DNA from: an uncultured Holophagales bacterium
Lineage (GTDB): Bacteria > Acidobacteriota > Thermoanaerobaculia > Multivoradales > UBA5704
DNA: 64,000 nt
NCBI GenBank assembly: GCA_963842525.1
Contig: CAWJGT010000034.1
Coordinates: 128,001 to 192,000 of the forward strand
Direction: 5' to 3'
The translations under genes and the position numbers were made by a program. Below the pieces are notes generated by a model, which saw only the letters and a program-made list of their open reading frames with translations, searched no databases and was not told where the DNA came from. The first letter of the stretch is position 1. Each line of letters opens with the position of its first letter. Of the stretch, positions 9,445 to 18,337 are shown in pieces.

Positions 9445-12394
9445 TTACCGGAACCGGAGCGTCGCTCCGACCCGGAAGACGCGCGGGCTGAGCGCCTCCA
9501 GCGGGAAATAGGTGATCGACTCGCTGCTCGGGTTCACCGGCTCCGTCGCGGTGTCGGCATCCCGCTGGCGCTGCAGGACGGTGTCCTCGTTGGCGAGGTT
9601 GAAGCCGTCCAGGCTCAGGGTCAGCGTCGTCGCGCCGAACGTGAAGTCCTTGTCGAGGTGGCCGTTCAGGACGATGACATCGTCGTGGCGGAACTCGTCG
9701 ATATTGCTGAGCTGAACGGTGCGCCGCGACCGGCTGATGGACGGGGGTGTGATGTAGCCTTCGCGTCCTTCGACGCTGCCGCCGAGGTTGAAGCCCCACG
9801 GCTTGTCGGGGGCGATCTGGTAGACGCCGTTCAGGTTGAACGACCACTTGCTGCTGATGATGACGTTGGACTTGTTGGCGCCTCCCGCGCCCTCGAAGAA
9901 CACTTCGTCGCTGTCCGGGAATCCGAGGTCATCCGTGATGGTGTCCGTCGGATCGTCATGGCGTTTGAACTCTGGGCCTAGCTTCCAGTCCCAATCGGCG
10001 TAGGTCACGTGTCCGCGCAACGACCAGCGGTTGGCCAGGCGTTTGTCGGCGCTGAGCGTGACGCCGCGGTATTCCAGCTCGCGATCTCCATTGGTGAAGA
10101 AGTTGCCCCCGGTGGGCGACAGCCCCTCGCGGAGCTCAAAGACGGTCACCTCCCGCGATTGGCGTCCGTTGGGGAGCGTCGCGCTGACCGTCCGTAGGGG
10201 CACCCAGTCGTCGCGCGTGGCCACACGCACCTGCCCGGTGGCCTCGTCGTTGATGAGCTGCCGGGCCTCCGGGATCTCGTGCGAGTTGCGGTAGGTCAGG
10301 GTCACGCCCACTGCGAGATTCGAGCGCAGCGCGTGCTCCATGCTGAAGGTCAGCTCGTCGGTGATCGTCGGCTCGAAGCTCGGGTCGTTCACGTTGGGCG
10401 AGACGAGCGACGCCGGATTGTCGACGTTGATGTTGTAGGCATAGTAGTACGAGAGCGAGCCGAATTCGTTCGGGTCGAGCAGCAGGTTGCGGTTGGCGTC
10501 GGTGAAATAGAAGTAGGCGTAGCCGTAGCCGACCGGATTGACCCGGTTGATCACGTACTGGCCGAGCTGCTCGGCGTACTGCGAGAACGTGCCGCGCAGC
10601 AGGGTCTTCCGCTCTTCGCCCAGCGCGTAGGTGGCGCCGATGCGCGGCACGACCGACTCCCACTCGAAACCGCCGGCGTCGTTGCCGCCGAAGCTGATCG
10701 GCGGCAGCAGGCCGGGAGCGCCCGGCTCGGCGCCCGGCACCGCGGGATTGCCGACGTCGGAGCTCGCCAGGTTTTCACCGGTCTGCTTGTCAAAGCGCAA
10801 TCCGGCGCTGATCGTCCAGCCGGTCGAGCGTCAAGGTGTCCTGGATCCAGGCCGAGTCGTAGGTGGTGAGCAGGCCCGCCGACCGGTTGCGGGGGAAGAT
10901 GACCAGCTCCTGGTCTTCGGGGAGCTCCGGATCGGTGAGGGCCACGGTGCGCTTGCCGCGCGGCCAGACGGTGCCCGAGTGGTTCTCCTGCTCGCGGAAG
11001 CCGGCGCCGAACTTCAGCTCGTTGTGGCTGCGGCCGGCGTCGAAGAAGTAGCTCGCGTCCACGCGCGCCTGGTCGATGATCGCATCCTGGGCGAAATCGA
11101 AGTTGCTGCCGCGCCGCACCCCCTGCTCGTCGGTGAAGACGTCCGCATCGAGGCCGCCCTGGGGGGCGAGCGTGAAGATGCCGTCGTCGCGGCTCCAGAG
11201 GGCGGTCACGAAGAAGCTCTGCGTCGGGATGAAGGTGCCCTCGACCTTGTAGATGTCCTGCGGCGTGGTCTGGTCGTGGGTCGACGCCGGGACGCGCGTC
11301 GGGCCGGCGCCGCGGCCGAATTTGAGCTTGTCGTTGGTCCAGTAGTGGAGCACGCCCGAGAACTTCGATCCGGCCTGAAAGTTCAGCTTGGTGTTCAGGT
11401 CCTCGAGCTTGGTCCTGTCGGTCTGCTGTTCGCCGCCGCCGAGGAGGCCGACGAGGTTGCGGATGTCGCTCTCGCCATAGGCGGCCCAGATCCACAGGTG
11501 GTCCTTCCAGAGGGGTCCGCCGACGTCGGCTCCGTACTCTTCCACCGTATCGATCTCGGGGCCGATGGTGAGCGGATCCTGCACCAGAACGGGCGGCTCG
11601 GACTGCGCGCTGCCGTCGGTGCGCAGGTACCGTGCCTGGCCCCGCCATTCGTTCGTGCCCCGCTTTGTCACCTGGTTGACCGTGACGCCGGCGGTCGCAA
11701 TCGTGACGTCGGTGCTCGAGACCGTGAGCTGCACCTCCTCGAAGGCGCCGAAGTCGAAGTACGTGGCCGAGCCGCCGACGGCGTTCATGTCGGTGAGGAC
11801 GACGCCGTCGACCGAGAAGACGTTCTCGGTGGAGGGCGCTCCCAGGCCGAGGAAGGTCGACTGCTGGCCGCTCTCGTTGCCGCCGATGTTGAAGCGGTCG
11901 ACCAACACGCCGGGGGCCTGGCTGAGCAGGGACCACGGATCGCGGGCGGTGGGGACCTTGTCCAGCTCCTCGGCCGGGACACTCGAGCCTCGGTTGACGC
12001 GCCGCTCGTCGAGCAGCGGGCTCTCGCCGGTGACGGTGATGACGTCCGTCACGGCGCCGGTGAGGGTCAGCTCGAGCGTCGGCTTGCCGCCGACCCGGAT
12101 GCCGATGTCCGGGTACTCGAGGGTGGAGAACCCCTGGAGCTCGGCGGTCAGCTTGTAGGTCCCGGGGTAGAGGGCAAGGAACCGGAACTCCCCCTCATCC
12201 TCGCTCACCTGCACCTGCGGAGCGCCGATTCCAGTCAGAGTGATCGTCACTCCGGGCAGGGGTTGCCCCTGCTCGTCCTGCACAGTTCCGTAGAGGTCGC
12301 CCGTCTGGAGCTGCGCGGAGGCCGGCGTGGCCAGCGGCAGCAGAAGAAGAGCGAGTGTAGCGAGGGTCCATCTCCAGCGTCTGACTCCAGTCAT
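9445..12394 (-). CDS. TonB-dependent receptor with N-terminal carboxypeptidase-regulatory-like domain (Oar type); frameshift near 10820
   Basis: Signal peptide, GTVQDEQGQPLPGVTITLT, plug (PTARDPWSLL, TKRGTNEW), C-terminal GATLRFR; halves 10790..12394 and 9445..10800. Confidence 0.85.
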
Positions 12395-12492
12395 GCTGTT
12401 CGCCCCCTTGCAAGCGGAAGCCCCGCTTGCTTCAAAGAAGAGTTGCGCTAGATGATAGCACCGCTGCGAAAATTTATGGTTCCCTATGCGTC

Positions 12493-13293
12493 ATGAGGAG
12501 GCTCCTCTGGATCTGGCTGACCCTGCTCGGCGCCTTCCCGGTGGCGCGGACCGCGGTCGCGCTCGCCACCTCCGGCTGGGGCGGCTGGAGTGCCGAGGCC
12601 TGGCTCCAACTCGTCACCGTCCCCGCCTTCCAGTCCGTGGTGATCTGGTGGGTGACCCGCGGTCCCGGAGTGCGCTGGCGCGATGTCCTGCGGCCGATCG
12701 CCACGCCGTGGCTCGCCGCCTGGCTGGCGTGGGACGTCCTGATCGTCGTCCTCGGCTGGCTTCTGCCCGAGCATCCCTTCTTCACCCCCTACGGCGCGCT
12801 CACCCTGGGCGGCCTGCACAAGGCGCTCGCAGGGATCGCCGCCTGCCTGGTGGCGGCGGCCTGCGCCCGCAGGGAGGCCTTGGCCCGAGACAAGCTCTGG
12901 ACGGCCGCCTTCGCGGCCTGGCTGCCGCTCCTGGGGAGCGCCTTCCTCTTCGCCTGGCCGGACCTGCTCGCCACGCAGCTCGCGCCCCCGCTGACACCCC
13001 TGGTCGCGAAGATCGTGGTCTACGGCTTTCTCCTCTCCGCGTCGGTGGGCCTGGCTTTGCGGCTGGAAGCAGCCTGGCTGCCGCGGGCCCCGGTCGCGGT
13101 GCGGCTCCTTGAGGCCGCCGTGGGCCTCGCCCTGCTGGCCGCGGTCCTCGGAGCAGCGCACCTGGTGCTCCATCCCGAAGAGCCCTGGCCTCTCGCCGCC
13201 CGCGCCTGTGCCTTCTTCGCGATGACTACGGCGCTGTTGGCCTGCGTCAGTGCGTTCTGGGCGCTCCGGACCGAGAAGGAATTGGCCGTCTGA
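12493..13293 (+). CDS. Hypothetical multi-pass membrane protein
   Basis: About 8 hydrophobic segments; ATG 12493 in frame with ORF 12427..13293. Confidence 0.7.
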   Translation: MRRLLWIWLTLLGAFPVARTAVALATSGWGGWSAEAWLQLVTVPAFQSVVIWWVTRGPGVRWRDVLRPIATPWLAAWLAWDVLIVVLGWLLPEHPFFTPYGALTLGGLHKALAGIAACLVAAACARREALARDKLWTAAFAAWLPLLGSAFLFAWPDLLATQLAPPLTPLVAKIVVYGFLLSASVGLALRLEAAWLPRAPVAVRLLEAAVGLALLAAVLGAAHLVLHPEEPWPLAARACAFFAMTTALLACVSAFWALRTEKELAV

Positions 13294-13417
13294 GGACAGG
13301 CCTGCCTCTGCATGGCTTTCTCGACGATACGGTCGCCCACGCCCCGCTGGTGCCCCCTTACCTGGCGGTAGGAAGCGAGATTGAGCTAGAATTCGCCTGG
13401 AGGAGGAACAGGTTCGA

Positions 13418-13702
13418 ATGACCCTCACGATCGACCTGTCGCCGGAGCTGCAAGAGCGCCTCAGCCGAGAAGCGGCCCAGCAGGGTATCCCCATCGAGAG
13501 CTACGCGCTCGAGCTCCTGGACAAGCACCTGCCGCCCGAGGATCGCCCCGCCGAGCTGATCTCGCTGCTCCAGTCCTGGATCGAGAAAGGAGATGCAGAG
13601 GAGCAGGGGGAGACCGGGGAGTATCTGGTCCGCGTCCTGGACGAAGACCGCCTCTCCGATCGCAAGCTGTTTCCCCCGGAGCTCAAAGGCGTGACCTGGT
13701 GA
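13418..13702 (+). CDS. Putative antitoxin-like small protein (RHH-like N-terminus)
   Basis: GGAGGAGG RBS upstream; MTLTIDLSPELQERLSREAAQQG resembles type II antitoxin N-termini. Confidence 0.6.
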   Translation: MTLTIDLSPELQERLSREAAQQGIPIESYALELLDKHLPPEDRPAELISLLQSWIEKGDAEEQGETGEYLVRVLDEDRLSDRKLFPPELKGVTW

Positions 13703-13808
13703 GTTTGCCCTGTTCTTGGCGGTAGCGCGCTTCACCGAGGCGATATACTTCTCCCTCTGGCGGTGCACCAACCTGCCTCCTTAGAGGCATGGCTCGCTAG
13801 GGGACGAC

Positions 13809-14045
13809 ATGGCAGCTCAAATAATTGGACGGCACATCGTAACCGACCCTGGTATCTGCCACGGCCAACCCACCTTCCGCGGCACGCGCGTCCTCGTCTC
13901 CGACGTGTTGGAGGAGATCGCTTCCGGTATGGCCTGGGAGACCGTGATCCAGGAATGGCACGGGAGCATCACCAAAGAGGCCATTGCCGAGGCACTGCAA
14001 CTGGCCACCTTCGATTGCGGCTGCCCCGAAGGGGCAAAGGCGTAA
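13809..14045 (+). CDS. DUF433 family antitoxin
   Basis: IVTDPGICHGQPTFRGTRVLVSDVLEEIASGM...ITKEAIAEAL is the DUF433 signature. Confidence 0.85.
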   Translation: MAAQIIGRHIVTDPGICHGQPTFRGTRVLVSDVLEEIASGMAWETVIQEWHGSITKEAIAEALQLATFDCGCPEGAKA

Positions 14046-14218
14046 AGCCTGGCGCTTCAGCGCCAGTCAGCGTTCCCCCAACCCTCCAAGCCCCGAAGGG
14101 GCGACGGCATAGGCGAGGGGCGCGAGCCCCGCTGCGGGCGGATGGTAGAGAATGCCTACGCCCCTTCAGGGCTCCAGGTAATTGGGGGGCGCCAACCTGG
14201 CGCTGAAGCGCCAGGCTT
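14023..14218. repeat. GCCCCGAAGGGGC-type REP element; its right arm is interrupted by the IS and completed at 15822-15846
   Basis: Left arm GCCCCGAAGGGGC-12nt-CCTGGCGCTTCAGCGCCAG (14023-14066); right arm CTGGCGCTGAAGCGCCAGGCTT | TATGCCCCAGCCCCTTCGGGGC. Confidence 0.8.
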
Positions 14219-14598
14219 CTATGTGGGCCCCCGTTGTCAAGCGTTTCGGGTAAGTGGGTCTGCGTTTCGTCTCCTTCCTGAATGCCGCCTGAGGTTTGTT
14301 GCCCGGAGAGCTCCCCCGGCAGCAAGGTGCTGTTTCTCCTACCTCAAATGCGATCCCGTCTGGGGCTTGCCGATTGCGCCAGGAACCGTAGTCCCCGTCA
14401 AGCTTCTATCCGTGCTGACCTCCCTCAATTTCTTGGAGAGGGCACCAAATGCAGCATGCGCTGCGAGCGACTCGGGCAAGCAAACGGAGCGGCCCCATCT
14501 TTAATGGCGGCTCGAAACCGAACCCAGCCTGGCGCCGGGCACGCTCCTCCCAGCCTGAAATCTCCTATTTTGCGGTCACACTTTCTGCCTCTTGATCC
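14219..14598 (-). ncRNA. Putative bridge/seek RNA of the IS1111-like element
   Basis: Two bulged hairpins with matches to the target (14526-14535, 14499-14503) and to the donor junction (14403-14409, partial 14447-14452); exact RNA ends unknown. Confidence 0.6.
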
Positions 14599-15738
14599 TT
14601 ACCTGGCCTTCAGCTCAGCGCCATCAGGAATGATCCCTTGGTCCAAGTAGCGCCACAGCGCGGTCAGAAGCTTGCGCGCCAGGGCCACGATCCCTACCCG
14701 TCGCGAGCGCCGGTTCCCAGGGCCATAGCGCCCCTGGAACCATAAGCTCAAGCGGCTCTGCGGCTGGAACCGCAACCACGCCCAGGCGATCTCGATCGAC
14801 ATCGTACGCACCCGCACATTGCCGGACTTACTGATCCCCTGCTCGTGGTCCACCGTCGTGCCGCTCTTGTAGGGCATCGGCGTCAACCCAGCCAAGCTGC
14901 CTACCTCACGGCGATTCCGGAACTGCCGCCAGCCAAAAAATTCCAGGACGAACAACCAGGCGCTGTTGTCGCCGATGGCCTTGAGCTTTTTCAGCCGCTG
15001 CACCATCCCGCCCTCTCTGGACGCGGCTTCGGCCCGCTGCCGAGTTTGCTCCAACTCCTTGATCTGACTCTCCAGAAGCTCCAGCCGCTCGACTTCCCGA
15101 CGCAGACGCTCCCGCAAGACTGGCAGCAGCGGCTCGCCGTTCCACTGCCGCAACTGCTCCAACTGCTGCGCAAACCCCTTGCCTACCTTCACCCGGATTC
15201 CAAGGCTCACCAGCAAGGACTTGATCCGATTGGTGTGGGCCGTCCGCTCCTGCTTCAGGCCCTCCAACTCTCGACCCAGGTGGCGCACATCCTCCTGCTC
15301 CGGCGTCGGCGCATGCGCCACACCGAACACTTTTCTTTCACCTGCCGCGTAGCGGATCAGCAGCGACAGCAACTTCTCAGCGTCAACCCGGTCCGTCTTC
15401 GCCCGCCGAGCCCGACGATTCACCTCGATGCTCGAGGAGTCCACCACAACGTTCTCCACACCCTCCAGCAGCAAGAACCGGTGAAGCCAGAATCCATCCC
15501 GGCCTGCCTCGTAGCAACTCACGACAGGAGTTGTTTCCGGTAAACCGAAACGGTGTTTGGCGCGTCCGATCTCCAACATCAGCCCGTTGAGATCCCCGGC
15601 CGCCACCGAGCGCAGCCGAGGTTTCGGGCCAGCCTCCGCAGCAAAAGCCAACTTCCACTCGCTACCGCCCAGCTCCAATGCCACGTGCAATGCTCTCTCC
15701 GTTCGCGTAAACTCTGCCTTCTGGGCTGTCTGGTTCAT
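14599..15738 (-). CDS. IS110 family transposase/recombinase (DEDD RuvC-like + Transposase_20)
   Basis: SCYEAGRDGFWLHR, KTDRVDA, SLAGLTPMPYKSG, GISKSGN, VALARKL. Confidence 0.95.
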   Translation of the reverse strand: MNQTAQKAEFTRTERALHVALELGGSEWKLAFAAEAGPKPRLRSVAAGDLNGLMLEIGRAKHRFGLPETTPVVSCYEAGRDGFWLHRFLLLEGVENVVVDSSSIEVNRRARRAKTDRVDAEKLLSLLIRYAAGERKVFGVAHAPTPEQEDVRHLGRELEGLKQERTAHTNRIKSLLVSLGIRVKVGKGFAQQLEQLRQWNGEPLLPVLRERLRREVERLELLESQIKELEQTRQRAEAASREGGMVQRLKKLKAIGDNSAWLFVLEFFGWRQFRNRREVGSLAGLTPMPYKSGTTVDHEQGISKSGNVRVRTMSIEIAWAWLRFQPQSRLSLWFQGRYGPGNRRSRRVGIVALARKLLTALWRYLDQGIIPDGAELKAR

Positions 15739-15879
15739 CGGGGTTCCCCTTTCAAACGCTAAGTTCCCCGAAACATACAACCAGCGGCCCCGCTCTTGCA
15801 CCCCCTCGCCCTGCATAGCATCTTTATGCCCCAGCCCCTTCGGGGCCTCTCCAACCGAAGCGAATCTGACAAAGCAGAA

Positions 15880-16791
15880 TTATCCTCTGCCAGTAACGCG
15901 CGCCACCGAGGCGAGCCGGCGGCAGGCCCACACCGCCGCAACGCCGCCTAAAGAAAAGACCACGGCCGCGATCCAGAACGCCGGGTCCGGTCCGCTCTCC
16001 CAGAGCAGCGGCCGCGGCGCGGGCTCGCCCATCCGCCAGACCCAGAGAAAGGTTGCGACGTCCACCGCAGTGTGGAGGACCACGCCCGGCAGGATGGAGC
16101 CTGTGATCCAGGCCAGGGCTCCGAAGAGCACGGAGACGCCCAGGAAGACCGGCATCAGCGCCGGCGACCAGCTCGCATGCGAGGCATGGATCAGGCCGAA
16201 GACGGTCCCGGTGATCAGGATCGCCACCACCACGCCGTGGCGCCGCTCGATGGTCCCCTGCATATAGCCGCGGAAGCCGGCCTCCTCGGATACGCCGGCG
16301 ACCAGGGAGACCATGATGAAGAAGCTGAGGATCTCGAGCGAGGAGAACCGGGACAGGTCGGGGAGCGCCTCCCGCGGAATCGCGATCAGCCGCAGGATGA
16401 GCCGTTGCAGGCCGACCACGCTCGCAATGCCAAGGACGCCCGCGAGCAGCGACCAGCTCCAGGCGCGCCCGGACAGGCGGGTGGCCCGCAAACCCCGGCG
16501 CCGCGCCTCGGCCGTGGACCGAGGCCATCCCCGTCCCCGGAGCCATTGCCAGAAGAGCCCGAGCAGGACCGCCATGACCAGCACCGACCAGGGGATGGGG
16601 AATGCCCAGGGGTGTTTCAGGTTGGCCCCGACCAGGAGCGCCCAGGGTCCGTTGCCTCCGGCCGAAACCAGCAATCCAACGAGGATCGCGCGCGGGATGA
16701 CCGGGAGACCTCGCCAAGCCCTGGCCGCCAAGCTCCCTGCCGCGTCCGTGGGCGTCCTCGTCCTCTCGTTTGCCATTACGTCAGGAACCAT
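15880..16791 (-). CDS. CPBP (CAAX/Abi) intramembrane metalloprotease
   Basis: SEEAGFRG, FGLIH, HTAVD motifs; multiple TM segments; AGGAGG RBS. Confidence 0.85.
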   Translation of the reverse strand: MVPDVMANERTRTPTDAAGSLAARAWRGLPVIPRAILVGLLVSAGGNGPWALLVGANLKHPWAFPIPWSVLVMAVLLGLFWQWLRGRGWPRSTAEARRRGLRATRLSGRAWSWSLLAGVLGIASVVGLQRLILRLIAIPREALPDLSRFSSLEILSFFIMVSLVAGVSEEAGFRGYMQGTIERRHGVVVAILITGTVFGLIHASHASWSPALMPVFLGVSVLFGALAWITGSILPGVVLHTAVDVATFLWVWRMGEPAPRPLLWESGPDPAFWIAAVVFSLGGVAAVWACRRLASVARVTGRG

Positions 16792-16886
16792 CTCCAGCCT
16801 CCTTTCGCGGCGTCCGTGCCGCCTCCATCTCCTCTGAAGATAGGTCTCCAAGCCGCTCTGAGTCCTGGAAAAGAGCTGGGATCTTC

Positions 16887-18318
16887 CTAAGGAAAAGATG
16901 AGGAAGGCACGGACATGCCCAGCCGGCGGAGCAGCCGGGGGAACCGGGGATCAGAACGCAGGCCGTCGATCAGCGGCGAGACCGGGAAGAGGACGAGGTA
17001 GGGGTCCTGCCGCTCTACGCCTCGCTCGATCCAGGCGAAGGCCCGGTCCCGATCTCCCGCGGCGGCGTAGAGGACCGCGAGGTCGATCCAGCTCCCGGCA
17101 CCGAGCACCGGAGCCGCGCCCTCCATCCAACGGGCCGTAGCGCGGTACAAGCCCGGGAGGCCCTCCGCGGCGAAGACGCCGTCGAGGTTTTCCAGGACGC
17201 GGGGCGTCACGCCCACCGAGCGGAGCGTGGCGCGGAAGGCGGCGTAGGCTTCCCGGTCCCTGCCCTGGTGAGCCAGCGCCCATGCCACCTTGAGGCGGGC
17301 ATCCGCATGGTCGGGAGCCAGCTCGAGGGTCCTCTTCCCCTGGCGGACGACCGCTTCGTAGTCGCGGGCGAGGAGAAAGACCTCCAGCACATCGCGGTGG
17401 ATCGTCAGATCCCGGGGAGCGAGGCTCAGGGCCCGGCGTGCCTCGGCCACGGCCTCGGACCGCCGTCCGCTGCAGGCGAGGACGAAAGCGTACCAGCGGT
17501 GGGCATTGGCGTCATCGGGCCGCGACCGCAGCGCGCGGCGGATCTCCTGTTCGCCGCGTGGAAAATCGTGATCGGCCAGGAAGAACACCATGGCGAGGGT
17601 GGTCCGCGCCTCGGCCAGATCCGGGTCGAGCGCAAGCGCGCGCTGGGCCGCGGCCCGGGCGTGCGGATAGAGGTCCGCGGGACGGTCGAGGCCGATGACG
17701 ATCCGCTGCAGATAGCTGTCCGCAATGCCCGCATGGGCCTCGGCGTAGCGCGGGTGGATCTCGAGCGCCCGCTCGAAATCGACGCGGGCCTGCTCCAGCG
17801 CCGGCGCGATCCGCTGATCGAGGAGGGCACGTCCGTGAAGATAGGCCTGCAGGGCCTCCGGCGGTGGCCGGTCCGCGCCGATCCGCGGCAGGCTCCCGGC
17901 GAGGACAAGCGCCAGGATCAGGAGGAGCGCGACCGTCGCCACCGCCGGAAAACGCCGGCTCTTCGATGAGCGGCGCTCCCTCGGAGACCGTCCCAGGAGC
18001 AATCAGCAGGCGATAGCCCCGCTTGGGAAGCGTCTCGATGAAGCGTGGGCTCCGGGCATCGTCCCCCAAGACCTTGCGGAGCTGGTAGATCGAGCCGCTC
18101 AGCGCATCGTCGCTGACCGCGCGCCCACCCCAGACGCCGTCCAGGAGCTGCTGCTTGGAGACCACCTCGCCCGGGTGCGCGGCGAGGAACACCAGCACAT
18201 CCATGAGCTGCGGCTCGATCCGCTGGGAGACACCTGCGCCACGCAGGGTGCCGTCCACAGGCCGGACCTCCCAGGGTCCCAGTCGGAAGGAATCGCCGGT
18301 GAAGGAGCTTGCGTGCAT
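16887..18318 (-). CDS. CadC/OmpR-type winged-helix + TM + TPR transcriptional regulator; frameshift near 17960-17995
   Basis: IEPQLMDVLVFLAAHPGEVVSKQQLLDGVW...FIETLPKRGYRL; second frame gives TM + TPRs ending LRSDPRF. Confidence 0.8.
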
Positions 18319-18337
18319 GTGGTCCAGAGCCAGGGAT

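Larger units (their letters stand above)
14216..15824 (-). mobile_element. IS110-family (IS1111-like) insertion sequence, about 1.6 kb
   Basis: CTT core at both junctions (14216-18, 15822-24); subterminal imperfect IRs CTATGTGG / CCTGCATAG; long non-coding end downstream of the transposase; removing it restores the REP arm. Confidence 0.85.
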
